Shown: positions 13,930 through 27,615 of the stretch, piece by piece
How positions within the stretch are numbered: the stretch's first letter is position 1
Layout of the letters: the number at the start of each line of letters is the position of its first letter
Assembly (NCBI GenBank): GCA_964016885.1
Contig: OZ024743.1
Coordinates: 364,312,001 to 364,376,000, forward strand
Direction: 5' to 3'
From: Eledone cirrhosa
Lineage: Eukaryota
DNA length: 64,000 nucleotides
The notes under the pieces: generated by a model
Told to the model about the DNA's origin: nothing
Databases searched by the model: none
Seen by the model: only the letters and a program-made list of their open reading frames with translations
Program-made: the position numbers and the translations under genes

Positions 13930-14990
13930 TCAGGTTGGACTTAGCACTAATATTCTTAAAGTCGACCTTGTGATCTTTAAGGATGAGAAAGGCCTCACTC
14001 TTAGGTAAGCATTGGAGTTTCTTATCTACCTTAAGGGTGCAGGCTAGGTGTGTGGCTTCCGTATTGATGTTAGGGTAGGACGTGAGGTCTGTCTTCTTAT
14101 ACTTCGAAGTTATAGCGTTGTGTGCCAAGTGGCTGTATGTAGTATTATCCACTTTGTAAATGTTATTAGTTTTATTAGATAGGACAAAAGTATTGTTTAA
14201 TGTCATTGCTAAGTTTGTTTTGGAAGGGGCTAGAGTGTTTGCAAAAAGTAACGTTAGCGACTAAATCAAGAAGGCCCGCTTCGAAAGAAGCGAGTTCAGT
14301 TACCTTAGGTGGATAGGTTCTCGATTTCAGTTTATAGGTGTCAACGCTGCCCGTAATTTTACCATCGAAAGCCAGAGCTCACCATCTTAAGCGTTTGACG
14401 GGAATTTCCGCTTTTTGTAGAAGCTTTGAGTAAACATAGTTGGAGGAAGTGGGAATATGTATATATTAATATCCTAAATAGATATACTTTAATCTATAAA
14501 AAATCTACTGAATTCTGACTAGAACATTTTAAATCAACAGGCTGTTTAAATTCATGGTATATTTAGGTACATATGTATATACAATATACATACATATATA
14601 GAAACGACACCTAATAAATGCATAGAAACACAAAAAGATACTGGAAAAAGGGAAATAAAAAATATAACTATCTATAGTTTTCATTTTACGCTAATCAGGC
14701 TCTTTAATTTTATAATAAAACGAATGAAAAGTTTTTGTTGACAGGAAGGAATTACTTCATTCTTTGAATTTAGGAGGTCAAATTTAGAAGTAAGTATCTC
14801 ATATGCCTCAGTTAAGCAAAGATTACAACCAGTTTTATTACCTCCATACGGTTTGGATGTGTTAATAATCATACAGCTAGTATGGTATTGAATGTTGTCA
14901 TTTTTTAGGATCAAAATTAATTTAGCTAAGGAAGTTGTATTGTTCAGTTTCTTATTTTTAAACGAAGACATATGGGCGTAAAACCTAGAT
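13930..14990 (-). mobile_element. Degenerate PLE in partial-tandem arrangement (GIY-YIG C-terminus upstream of RT N-terminus)
   Basis: HMSSF...CNLCLTE...LLNSKNE at 14681-14971; KRLRW, YPPK, LKDHK at 13930-14400. Confidence 0.75.
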
Positions 14991-15429
14991 CTTGTGGCTT
15001 TTCCAGTCCTTGGTGTTGTCGAAACAGGACTTACTTGGTCTGATTCTTTTTCTTCCTCCCATAACCATAATCTGAAAGATGGTTTTAAACGTATGAGGAT
15101 TGAACAGCTAATGTTTTTTTGTGTTTTTTTTTAGTTTTGATGTTTATGTCACTTATGAGATATTAATCCAGCCAATGATTTACGAGTTAGTCCACAGATT
15201 GGATATACGAGAGAATTTTTAGATAGAGACTTTGTCTTTGCTGTTAATTCTTTAAGATGATCCAAGCAGTTTATTTCATAGTTTTTTTTTTTTGTTTTTT
15301 GTTTTGTTTTGTTTTTTGTAGTGGCTTTATTGCAAGTTAACCTCAATTGCGATGTAATGAAGTTTTTCAAATGTTTCTGGTGGGAATCTTTGTTGCTTTC
15401 ATATTAACTTTGAGCTTCTCCTTGTCATA

Positions 15430-15620
15430 GTCCTCAGTCATAGTCTTCCTACGTTTCTTCTTCCATTATGGAGCTCTCTATATATGAGAACTTTTGGAAT
15501 TCCATTATCACTCATTCGGACGATATGAACAATCCATCTTGCTTGGAATTGCAAAAGAAAGAATTCAAAGCTATCAATTTTACATTTAGAGAATAGGTCA
15601 ATATTCGAAATTCTGTCATA
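15430..15620 (-). mobile_element. RTE-like LINE fragment
   Basis: RWIVHIVRMSDNGIPKVLIYREL..GRRNVGR. Confidence 0.6.
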
Positions 15621-15678
15621 TAATCTTCTTCTTCTTCTTCTTCTTCTTCTTCTTCTTCTTCTTCTTCTTCTTCTTCTT

Positions 15679-15709
<31 letters not shown>

Positions 15710-15735
15710 TTCTTATTCTTCTTATTCTTCTTCGC

Positions 15736-16500
15736 CCACTTATTCCTGAGAGGGTCATGGAGGCAAAGTCCTCAAACACTCCTTCCAGTTGGTCCTATCA
15801 GAAGCAACCGTCTCCAACTGATCCAGCTGGATCCCCAAGCAAGACCAGCCAAGCTCATGGATTTTGTCCAACTACCTTGCTCAGGGTCTACCCTGGGTCT
15901 CCTGTCGGTCGGTTTTGCCCATAAAATCTGTCTAGCGATTCTTTCCTGGGGCGTTCGAACCACATACCCATAGTATCTGAGCTGTGATCTCTCAATTCGG
16001 AGAAGTAGCGGCTCTACCTAAAGTGACTCTCTGGTATCCGAGATACGCGCTTTATTGTGTAATGTTACTCCAAAGACTCTTCTTGGGAACCACATTTCGG
16101 CCGTTTGTATTCGCGATCGTATTCTTTTGGTCATTACCCAAGATCCATGACCATAGATAAGGTTTGGCATGAATACCGAAGTGAGTTTGGCTTTTACACC
16201 TAGCTCCCTTCTTTTGATTACCGAATGAGGACGCTGGCGCATTAATGCACCAGCTCCTGCAATTCTTGCACTTAATTCGGCCTCCTACCTTTCATCACTT
16301 ATAAACACGGCCCCGAGATACTTCTCCACCTGCTTCAGTGGAACTCCATTCACATGTAAAGTGCATTGCGCAGGCTTCCTTGAGAGGACGAGTGTCTCAG
16401 TTTTCGCAGCACTGATTTTCATTCCAGCCATGCAAATTCCAGCCGGTTGATTTTACACCCGCCAGTCGTGATACCACTTCCAACCGGCTGCGCATGTCAA
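15736..16500 (-). mobile_element. Degenerate RTE-like LINE 3' end followed by an (AAG)n tail
   Basis: LIYGHGSWVMT...IQTAEM, RPR motifs. Confidence 0.7.
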
Positions 16501-17639
16501 TCAGTACTGGAGAGTGGAAAGACATATTTTTGGTTCCAATGAGATTCCCATTCACCCAACAGACATTGACGAAGTTTGCTGAAAGCATTTGTAGCTTTGG
16601 CTATATGACTGACTATTTCTCCAGCAAGAGAGGCACTTGAGTTCACTCTGCTCCCTGGATATATGAATGTCTCAAAATATTTCAGATTCTTACCGTCGAT
16701 GATGATGAGAATGGCAGAAAACTTATGAAATGGTCATTGTTTTATACCTCTGATTTGCTTGTGGATGGGCTTTGGTTGGTGAACAACTTCAATCTTTTTA
16801 ATGTTGATGATGATGAGACGAAAGGTTTTAGTCGCCTTAGAGAATCAATTAACAAACTCCTTTGCTTCTTTGATAGATGTTGCAACAAGTGCAGCAGTAG
16901 CAAACAAGAGGTCACGTATCATTGCCATTCGGATGGATAGTTTGGCTTTAAAGCGCTTGGTTTGTTGGTAGAAAATGTTGGTAATTACAAAAGGAAAGAA
17001 AACATTACCATTTGAGTTCATTTACTCCATTCCATTTAGACTGGGAATGCCGGGTCATGTTTGGTGGTCAACACCAGCTCAAGCATTGAAGTCTCTCATT
17101 AAAACAAGTTTGTCCTTATATTAAATCTTTTAGTTGGCTGTACTAAATTGTTCGTAAAATTCATCTTTCTCTTGGTGTTGGTCAAATATGTTTGGAGTGT
17201 AATAACTGGCTAGAGTAGCAGAGAATTTCTTTCACAAATCAAGAGAGAACATCGTAATTTGGTCAGTGACTCCAGAAGGAAGAGAGTGGCGTCGCAAATC
17301 GACATTTGAGGACAAAACTAACACCTGATACACGTGAACCTTCTTCACTTCTACCGACCCAGAAAATATATCCTCTACCAACCTCTTCGAGCTGTGAAAT
17401 ACCTGCAACACGAATTTTACTGAATGTAGAAATGTCAATGTTATATTATGCAGAACAATGAGATAGTTTTGCCGTTTTCCGTTCTAGGGTAAGATTGTTG
17501 TCTTGGAATATACGGACATTCTACGAATCGAGGTTTAAATTCTTGCTACATTTTGTAATGCGGTACTGGATAAGCGAACAGCTTCAGCAGGCTGTCAATT
17601 TAGAGATATCACAAGGACTCCAATATCTAAATAGATATG

Positions 17640-18340
17640 TTTTGTAACCATTGGAGGACAAAGGCAGCACAGTTGCCCAAGGTTTTTGTATGGCCACCAG
17701 TATAGAGCTCCAACTAGAGACTGTCAGTAAATCCCTTACCTGTCCCTGCCACCTTAACCTTCTCGCCAGTGGATATATTTACTCTTCTCTTCGGCGTCAA
17801 AAAATACTTCAAGCCCTATCAATGATCCTCTACAAATTTCAGGTGAGACGTATAATCAAATATTTCCTCAACATCTAGGACGGGGCTGCTGTTCTCCACA
17901 CTAACATCATAGACAGCATCCAGTGAAAAGCATCTCGGTATAATCGACATAAAGTTACTATCCAGCCCCTAGCCCCAAAATATGCTTTCTTCTACTTATT
18001 CTGCCGTTATTACAATGGTCTCTGCTCTTCGGTGCTTGCTGGTCTCATGCCACCTCCACTCAGGCATTCCTGACTCATATGTTTCTCAACTACCTAATCA
18101 CTTCGCATTGCCGAGGTTAACTTTGCCTTTCATCCTTACGGGGTCGATAAAATAAAGTACCAGTAATGTACTGGGCAATTTCTGGCCTTGTGCCAATAGT
18201 AGAAACAATTAATTACTTTGCTCAATCCTTTCTGTTGAGCAAGTCAGCTCCCTGGAACTCACTACCAGATCATGTTTTTCTAAAAAAAAAAAAATGGAAT
18301 TGCAACAGTTGCAGCTGGACATTGACGGCATGGATCGCTT
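17640..18340 (+). mobile_element. Degenerate CR1/Jockey-like RT 3' end, interrupted by a SINE
   Basis: LYKFQVRR, SIQ*KASR, PWNSLPDHVF. Confidence 0.55.
18108..18210 (+). mobile_element. 5'-truncated copy of the same SINE
   Basis: Core and tail match. Confidence 0.8.
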
Positions 18341-18749
18341 CGGTTTGGAAGGTGGAGGGATGGCTATAAAGACTAAGTACGCTGCCACTTTCTCCAGACT
18401 TACCAAATAAAGAAATGTGCCCAGTGTACCCATACGATAAAACAAACATTACGACAATATAATAATCGTTTTCTAGATTTCTGGTATGCACATTATTTTA
18501 CATTTAAAAAAAATATATTTCTGCTCTTTATTAAAAAATAAATATTATACCAACGAATTAGATAAAAATCAGCTTAAGAATATATGAAATGGACAAACAA
18601 ATATAAGTCTCAACCTGTTTTTAGTTTTGCCAGGTACAAAGTCTTTGCCAGTAAGAGTTCTAGCATCAAAGTGAGGGGAGCTTGAGAGGTTATTTTACGG
18701 GGTTAATTTTTAATTCTTTCTCCGAATCAATCCTATATTGCAGCCAATC

Positions 18750-19048
18750 TATGAAACACTGTTGGTTCTCTATAGGACTATGTATTATTGTGGCAGTATA
18801 TGAGACACTGTGAGTTCAGTTTATGATTCACTGTTGTTTCAGTGAATGAGACGCTGTTAGCTGTCTGTCGTACTATGTATTAATGTTCAGTGTATGATAC
18901 ACTGTAAGTTCAGTGTCTGAGACTCTATTGGTTCTGTGTTGGTCCATGTATTTTGGGGGCACTGTATGAGAGACTGTTGGTTCTCTGTTGGTCCGAGTTA
19001 TGTTATGTCAGTGTATAAAACACTGTTGCTTCTCTGTTGGTCTATGTA
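18750..19048. repeat. Degenerate minisatellite (tatgagacactgttggttctc...)
   Basis: Recurring 24-48 bp units. Confidence 0.7.
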
Positions 19049-19364
19049 CGTTCCACGGCCAGAGCAGATATAAACCGGACTGAACGTTGTATGGGCTATA
19101 CAGATCTCCTAAAAATCAGTCCCTGACCATTGAACCTTTTAAACAAACTCTCTGCTCTCGATAGATATAAAGGTATTTTGTACAGTGGTGAATAGACCGT
19201 GTCTTTCGGTGCCTTACCAAAATCGATAGTTGGTAATCGATAATGGATTACTTAGATCGATGGTTTTGTTTCGTTCTTTGGTCTATGAAATAGCGCTGTA
19301 TGGAAAAAAATGACCTTTTGGCATCTTAAAGTATATTTATTTTCCTGCATATTATCTTCTCGTA

Positions 19365-20075
19365 ACACAGCAGACCAAATATACACACTGCGGCGGGTTT
19401 TCGAGAAATCGTGAGAGTATTGCCAAGAAGTATATTCTTGTTTTGTCGACCTTGAGAAGGCATATGACCGCGTTCCTCGGGACCTGCTGTGGAAGACTGT
19501 GCAGGAGTATGGGATTGATGGTCAGCTTCTTGCTGCCCTGATGTCTTTATAGAAATGCCCGAGTATTTGTGTTCGGATAAATGGTGCTAAATCGAAACCA
19601 TTCAATATAGAAGTCGAACTCTGCCAAGGGTGCGTACTGTCACCACCCCTGTTCATTACTTACATGAACAGGATTGACATGCAAAGCCGGATTAGAAGTG
19701 ATATCAAGAATGCTGAGTGTAAGATCAGTAGGCTTGAATTTGCAGACGACGTGGTATTACTTAACTCGTCAGAAGATGATCTCCGACATGCACTTGATAG
19801 GTTTGGTGTCGAGTACTGCGATGACTGAAACACTCGTCTTCTCAAGGAAGCCTACGCAGTGCACCCTAGATGTGAGTGGAGTTCCATTGGAGCGAGTGGA
19901 GAAGTGCTCGCGAGTGATGGAAGGCATCAAGCTGAATTAAGTGCAAGAATTGCAGGAGCTGGTGCAGTAATGCGTCGGCTTTGGCATTCGGTTATCAGAA
20001 GAAGGGAGGTTGGTGTTAAAACAAAAGTTGCTATCTTTAATTTTGTATTCATGCCAACCATTACCTATGGTTATA
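19365..20075 (+). mobile_element. Degenerate RTE-like RT fragment
   Basis: FVDLEKAYDRV, QGCVLSPPLF, FADDVV, PTITYG. Confidence 0.8.
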
Positions 20076-20451
20076 AATCTCCTAAACCAGATCACAATAG
20101 CATCTTCGTGTGTATATGAGGTGCATTTGGGAGCGGTGACTAATCCCTCAGAGGGTTGAGATGTGTGTGTGTGTGTGTGTGTGTGTAAACTTGTCTTGTA
20201 CACCGCCTTTCTTTATTTCCTTCTTCCAGTCACTTATATGTACCAGTACACTTCTCCTTGTTTTGATCTTCTATCGATCTTTTCTGTGTTTCCTCTGACT
20301 GTCACCCACCTTGTGGATTGTTTCTCTGTTGACCACTGACCGCTAGTCGCTGTCCTTTGAGGCACTTTTGCCCATCGCTGTCTTTGACAGCAATTAAGTG
20401 TTTTAACGGCTGTTCTAGCGATGAGTTTTCTCATTGTTGCGTGTGTGTGTG

Positions 20452-20483
<32 letters not shown>

Positions 20484-21918
20484 CTAGCAGAATTGTCCGG
20501 CGTTGCTTGGGCTTCTAAACATAGATTGGTATGTTTATCCCTCCTTTCTGAAACAGTACAGAGAAGTACGGAATACCTCGGCCTGGGGATGGTGTCTACA
20601 TTTTGTGCTTAGGCAAATCATTTTCCATTAAGATTTTTTAAAAGCATGTAATTGCGTTCCCTCTCTTTTTTGTTGTTGTTTTTGCTGCTGTTGGTGTGAT
20701 AGCAGCCGTTGATCGTACTACTAACACAGTCTCGTCCTTCTTCAGCCAATTGTGTATATCCCCTTCTGCCTCGTCTACCTAAACAATGATTGTAGCACCT
20801 CCTTGTACACAATGTTCCTTGTTCTTCCGCGTCGGGCATATGCAAAGAGATTTATCTTCCTTCCCACTCTTGAGTAGCCAACGTATAGTTGCCCGTGTGA
20901 AAAACATGACTCTTCCAAAAGAAGACCAGCAGCAGCTAGGGTCTGACCCTGGGATTTGTTGATAGACATTGCAAAGCTGACACGATTCGGCGAATGGTTC
21001 GTTGGTTGTCTGTTTCAAGTGCTCTTCTGGTGGCAGTACGTTCAGCATCTTGCGACCGTCGAATAGCAGATTCCACTGACGATTCGTTTGCCCGCCTTGT
21101 TCTTTTTCTTGCCGCTTTCGCAGTATTTCGGCCAATGGAGTATCTCTTCCTTCGAGGCATGACCTAAAAGCAGGACGAAGTACACTAAAACTAACTGGTA
21201 GAGTAAGGAATAAACTCGTCAGTGATGCATGTGATTTCCAAACCATTGACTATGTAATTGCTGGCCTTGTGTCAGAAGTAGTGAGACTTTTTGGGTGGCA
21301 TATCGGCAGTAACAATGACGAAACGCAGTCCGTGCTTTCGTGAAATAAATACGTTTGTTTATATTTTGTTTTTGTGTATGCAAAAATATCTGTACACGAA
21401 TATATAATTATATATATACATATATATATTAAAATAACAGATTAAAGTTTAAGCAAAGAATCACTGCTTTCACCCTTAAAGGGATCTTCTGAAACTAAAA
21501 AAATCAATCTGTGAACGCAGAAGTAAATATTTCGAAAAACGTTGCAACCGAAGGAAAACAGGAAGACGATACTTTGGTTCGTGAAGACGTTCCCTGGCAA
21601 TGAACGGCAAATAGCGAAGATAATACGTAAGCAATGAGAACAGCCAGACATATAGACAGATATTATAAGGGCGCGACGTTATAACTATGTATCTATCTAA
21701 AAAGACAGACTAAGAAAGAGAGAGAGATCGCTAACCGGCGCCTAACACGCCTTTAACAACAGAAAATTGAAAAATAGAAGCTGCAGTTAATATCTTTAGA
21801 CCGCAAGGAATATATAAATGCTTGAAGTTTGAAGTCAATCGGAGTAGAAATGTAGATTTGTATATACTTTGCAAACATTAGGACACACACACACAATTTC
21901 AGTTTTATATATATGTAT
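20484..21918 (-). mobile_element. Internally deleted Helitron
   Basis: 5'-type end (TA)nAAAACTGAAATTGTGTG...ccgattgacttcaaactt; RepHel N-terminus MPRRKRYSIGR joined to helicase C-terminus SINKSQGQTL...FSHGQLYV; 3' ccaagcaacgccgga...CTAG|T. Confidence 0.85.
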
Positions 21919-21973
21919 ATCCACAATTAGCCGTCGAAACGGCTTGAGCTCAGCTGTCGGGGTCTTACTGGTT

Positions 21974-22065
<92 letters not shown>

Positions 22066-22072
22066 TAAAAAA

Positions 22073-22130
<58 letters not shown>

Positions 22131-22800
22131 ATTTCTGTCTGTGTATCTGTTTGTAACCAGTTGGCGTCTAAACCAGTGATGCGATCAGGATGAAACTTTA
22201 CACACATGTTAAGCTAATATTCAGAAATAGGACTGGCTAATTGGATTTCAATAAAAATCAATAATGGAACCCCTGGGGACATCTTTACAATAGAGGAGGA
22301 ATAGGACGTTTCAGTGAGAGAGGGGAAAGAGAAGATATTACTACTCTATGTAAAACCCTCCCTCCCACTACTCCCCTTCCTCCTTTCACAACTCGGTTCT
22401 CCAAAACGAGGTAACAAGTTATTTGTTTTTGTTTTTTTTTGTTCTTCATTCTGTAGAGAACGAGAGAGAGGGGATAGGAGAGAAAGAGAGGGGATGAGAG
22501 AGAAAGAGAGGGGATGAGAGAGAGGGGATAGGAGAGAAAGAGAGGGGATGAGAGAGAGGGGGGTTAGGAAAGAGAGAGAAAGAAAACAGAAAAATGATAG
22601 CATACTTCGATAACTAACTTTTATTTATTTATTTTTTTAACATTTCTTAACTAACCCCTTTCTTAACGTTACTTCTCTTTCGCTCTTTCACAAAAGTCGT
22701 AATGGGACTGGACTCTGTGTGTATGTGAGTGTGCATGTGTTTGCACGCGTACGTGTGTGTGTGTCGGCATTCTTAAAGTAGAGACAAGTGTGTGTGTGTG

Positions 22801-22897
<97 letters not shown>

Positions 22898-23087
22898 ATC
22901 ACCGTACTTAAGTTGAAGAACGTCCTCACACATACACACGCACATATATCTCACCTAAGAAGGGTGACACAAACACACACACATATATATATATATATAT
23001 ATGTGTGTGTGCGTAGACATTCTTCAGCTTTTCCTCTCTCTAAAGTTAACGATATATATGTATTACAAATAAACCCTGGGACAATCC

Positions 23088-23678
23088 ATATATTTGTTTT
23101 GCAAGGGTTTTCATATGAAATCATGTGTTGAAACACATAATGTTATATTTGGGGAGGGTCATGTTGTCCAAAATAATAATTGTTTCTAGTTTTGGCACAA
23201 GGCCAACAATTACCCAGTGTATTACTGGTACTTTATTTTATCAACCCCATAAGGATGAAAGGCAAAATTAACCTCGGCAGGATTTGAACTCAGAATGGCA
23301 AGGGCCGTAACTCTATACGTCAAAGCATGGCGTCCGACCCTCTACCGTTACTGCCAATCCACTGCCCTTTAATGTCCAAAATAATAATAAAACACCCCAC
23401 TGTTTGGTTTGGTTTACACTTCAGTTCAGTATATCTATATATTTTTATAAATAAATTAGCTGGCACCCAAAAACAAAAACAAAAAACTTATAAAAACAGA
23501 ATGGGGGGAAATCACTGAAGATGTCACAGAAAAAATGTGTGTGACGAAGGAACTTTGAGAAATTATATCTATATTTATAAATTTAACGGTTGGTCAATCA
23601 ATGATAATCATTGATTGCCAGCTAAATTATTATTTTGGCAATATTAGGACAAGATGACCCTACTCAAATATAACAATA
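23088..23678. mobile_element. Diverged fold-back PLE terminus interrupted by a SINE
   Basis: tgttatatttggggagggtcatg / atgaccctactcaaatataaca inverted ends; degenerate HHR at 23512-23558. Confidence 0.7.
23180..23370 (-). mobile_element. Same SINE family, with a 16-bp TSD
   Basis: tgtccaaaataataat at 23165 and 23373. Confidence 0.88.
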
Positions 23679-24924
23679 CCTGGAAAAATCATATTGTTGG
23701 ATAAATTTGTGCATTATGTTTTCGAATGTTATTTGACTTAGAGCTGACCCTAGACAATCGGTGGGTAGTCCCACAAAACAAAATGTTGTCAACTTCTAAG
23801 AGCTCATATTAATGTTGAGTATTGCAGCTCTCACAAAATATATCAACAAGGGCAGTGACATGGCCACTTTTGTTACTGACAAGGAACTCAATGATGGTGG
23901 GCTGGTTGAGGTCAAACAGTATCAGACAGGTTGATACATCTCCAGCAATGAATCTAACTGGTGGATCTTGTGATTTGATATCCATCCAACAGTGGTCAAC
24001 CTCGCAGTCCATCTAGAAAATGGACAGAGAGCGTATTTCACTGAAACCACAGCTCATTAGTTGACACAACTACCACCTGCTAGAAGTTGCAACCATGTCA
24101 GGAAAATGTGCTGGTGACAATTGTTTCATTACCAGAATACCTGTGAAGACAACTGATTTGCTATTTGAATTTCAAAGACTTCAATTTCCTATCAGACTCA
24201 GTTTTACCATGACCATCAATAAATTTCAAGGGTAATCATTGAAAGTCGTTGGGTTGAACCTGGCAGATCCTGTCTTTTCACATGGTCAACTCTATGTTGG
24301 TACAAGGGTTGGAAACCCTGATTGTCTCATCATTGTAGCACCACAGGGCAAAATCAAGAATGCTGTTTATCCAGAGACTTTGGAATGAGCAATATCGTAA
24401 TTCCTCCTTCAATGACAATAGATACTAATTCCTTAGTCATATAGTTTGTAAGGAATTCTGAACTTGCAACTTTACTGCATAGTGTTACTTTGGAAGAACA
24501 TACAGACATTCCTGGATACCTCTGCTATGTACAATAGTATAAGGGAGATCTTTTTATGGTAGCAAGCTCGACATGTTAGAAATAACAGCCAAATTTCTTT
24601 CAAATCCCAATCTACTGCCTCATGTATGCATATATGTTTGAAGCAAAAAGGAAAGATTGTATGTGACACCTCGATCTACTAGAAATATTAGCAAAATCCA
24701 TTTCAAATCACAGCGAACAGTCTTACACACACAAACGCACACACACATGCATGCATGCATGCATGTGTGTGTATGTATGTATATATGTCATGGAAGCCAC
24801 TATAACTATTGGTGTATCTAAAAGAAATAGAAAACAAATCTTCCTCAAACAAGATCCTACTGCCATAGAGGTAAAAGTTGGTGAAAGCTTCAGTGTAAAA
24901 ATATTAAGGTTCTGTCGCACTTTG

Positions 24925-25245
24925 GGCCAAGTAGGATAAACTCTCCAAATATCGGTCGCCCTCCGACAGGTTTGTTGTTGAGCCCATAACAATGAAGACT
25001 TCTGGTGTCCTTGGCTTTAGAGCTACCTCCCAACTCACCACCAACGACACAGAGTTTGCTAGCCACAGGGGTGAGCCTCGCAAGCCGGAATGGATTTTCC
25101 AGCGCGTCTCCCTCACCATCCTCTATTTCGACCGCCGGGGCTGCTGGGCGGCCAACGCATGGGCCCCCATTTGCTCATAATAGTGAGTGATAGGGAGAGC
25201 GGGAGAGATGGAGTCAGTGACAGTGGGAGTTTGGTTCCTGGTGCA
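24925..25245 (+). mobile_element. Second CRE-type 3' fragment
   Basis: KTSGVLG...WIFQRVSL and 3' UTR similar to 57460-57795. Confidence 0.75.
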
Positions 25246-25758
25246 TATATGTATATATTTACCACACTTACACACATTTAAATAAACTTTCCTGAATTAC
25301 AGAAATGAATAAGGAAATTCTTCATTCATTCATAAACCAATGGTAAATTTATTTTTTTATGTATTTTATTTATGCTTCTTAAAATAGCCTTCATATTTGG
25401 TTTGAATTTCAGAGGTTCTGACTGCAAAAAAAAGGATAAATAAAATCTAAATTTATTTTTTTGGTCTTGCCCTTTTCACTGACAAAATACCTAATGGTTC
25501 TTCCAAGTGCGAAGCATTATATATGTTGACTGTAATAGGGAGCAGTATTTAAAAAATCACCACTGGAAAAAACTAATAATATTTTTATCTACATGATTTG
25601 CTTTAAACAAACGGCAATAAATATTCTGCTATAATTCCTACTTTAGCTAAAATTCAGAAATCATATTTCAATGGTCAAATATTGTAACTTTAATAAAATA
25701 CCCGGGAATCACCGGGTAGTTCAGCTAGTATATATATATATATACTAGCTGAGCTAGC

Positions 25759-25856
<98 letters not shown>

Positions 25857-25989
25857 GTATATATATATATACTAGCTGAGCTACCGGATTCCCGGGTATT
25901 TTATTAAAGTTACAATATTTGACCATTGAAATATGATTTCTGAATTTTAGCATATATATATATGCCAGGAAACCCGGGAAATCAACTGA

Positions 25990-26991
25990 CGCGTGCTGCC
26001 TCAGAGACTGCCCGATGCGCCATGCGAACTGTTGCCTACGCACATACGTCGTGTATAAGATAGAATGTAACATGTGCAACCAATACTATATAGGTAGCAC
26101 AATCCGGTCGTTGCACACCGGATCAAGAAACACACTAAAACCAGGGCCTCGTCTTTCCGGAAACACATAGCCAAATGCGGAAACAAAGACGGAAGGCCCA
26201 TTGTCACAATTCTAGCGACAGAAAGAAACGTCGGCACGTTACGTATCAAGGAAGCACTTTGGATCAAACGCCTAGGGCCACAATTAAACAACCGATCCGA
26301 GAGAAGCAAAATGAGTTGGTTGGTTTAAGTTAACAAACGATGCAGCAACACACGCACACACACAAGCGAGACAGCAACACACGCACACACAGTAGCATTC
26401 CACCATACGAACATACTACACTGCCAATACAGAGGAACACGGCAACAACACACGCACACACACACACACACTCAAGCGAGACAACAACACACGCACACAC
26501 ACACACACAGTAACATTCACCAAACAGGCAGAGAATGGACTGACAGCTAGCGCCACCCCACTCCCACAATTGAAAGAACTACTTCGGCCGCTGACCTCTG
26601 CCTTACCGACCCCATTTCACGCGCACGCACGCTCTGCTGAATACCTCAGATATTCAAAACAACGAACAGCGGAGGACACGTTTCGCACCTTTCCGACAGA
26701 CAACCTCCCCCCCCCCCCCCCCCCCCATCCCCGGAAAAAACCCCAGTTGATGGATGTGAATCCGAAATATATAGGGACAATTAAATCTCTCCCAAGGTAA
26801 CTCTCTCTCGTGTTGTTATTTTTATTTTTATCCTTTACGCTCTTTCCTTCATTCCTCTACACGAGTTATACACGCCACGCATCTCAACGTACACCCACTT
26901 ACATCTCTCTCTCGCTCCACCACCGGATCTTGTTACCCGGAGTTTTACCCATCTGCATTGTCGAGGCTTCCAAACGACTTAAAGAAATTTA

Positions 26992-26995
<4 letters not shown>
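25990..26995 (+). mobile_element. PLE 3' end with GIY-YIG (one frameshift) and degenerate HHR
   Basis: VVYKIECNMCNQYYIGSTIRSLH...IKEALWIKRLGPQLN at 25997-26328, not in the ORF track; HHR-like motif at 26741-26776. Confidence 0.8.
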
Positions 26996-27056
<61 letters not shown>

Positions 27057-27205
27057 AAAATGTTAGACCCCGACGGCTGAGCTCAAGCCGTTTCGACAGC
27101 TATTTCTGCAGAAATACCCGATTACCCACTCTACTACCCTAAGTATTGAGTACTCTGGTGCGTTATGGTCCATCTGGTTCCTTACCACGCCTCCTTCGTC
27201 ATATA

Positions 27206-27561
27206 TATATATTGGTAAACGGAATAGAAAATGCTGACAAATTGTTCACAGTTGAAAAATGGTTTAATTAGGAATAAAAGAGTATTAGTGATTGTATGGG
27301 TTAGTATTCAGTTGTGGTTTTAAGTTTTTAAGTTTTTACCGGTTGCGCATTTCTAAATGCTTTTCAAAAATAATTTTGAGATAGAGTGTCCGTGCTGTTT
27401 GCTCTGATCTGAGCTTAAAACCACAACTGAATACTAACCCATACAATCACTAATACTCTTTTATTCCTAATTAAACCATTTTTCAACTGTGAACAATTTG
27501 TCAGCATTTTCTATTCCGTTTACCAATATATAATAACTTGTGTGTTACACCTCTATTCTTT

Positions 27562-27566
<5 letters not shown>
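27206..27566. repeat. Near-perfect ~119 bp inverted repeat with a one-sided tail
   Basis: Arms 27206-27324 / 27414-27532. Confidence 0.8.

Positions 27567-27610
<44 letters not shown>

Positions 27611-27615
<5 letters not shown>

Larger units (their letters stand above)
22126..25728 (+). mobile_element. Degenerate internally deleted Helitron with nested PLE, SINE and CRE insertions; pairing of the two ends is uncertain
   Basis: DNRWVVP, AHINVEYC, VHLENGQR and FPIRLSFTMTINK...FSHGQLYV at ~23740-24388; 5'-like end at 22126; cccgggaatcaccggg...CTAG|T at 25701-25728. Confidence 0.7.

Noticed and set aside
15438-15779. Poly-arginine, protamine-like ORF
   Set aside because: (AAG)n tail between two LINE fragments
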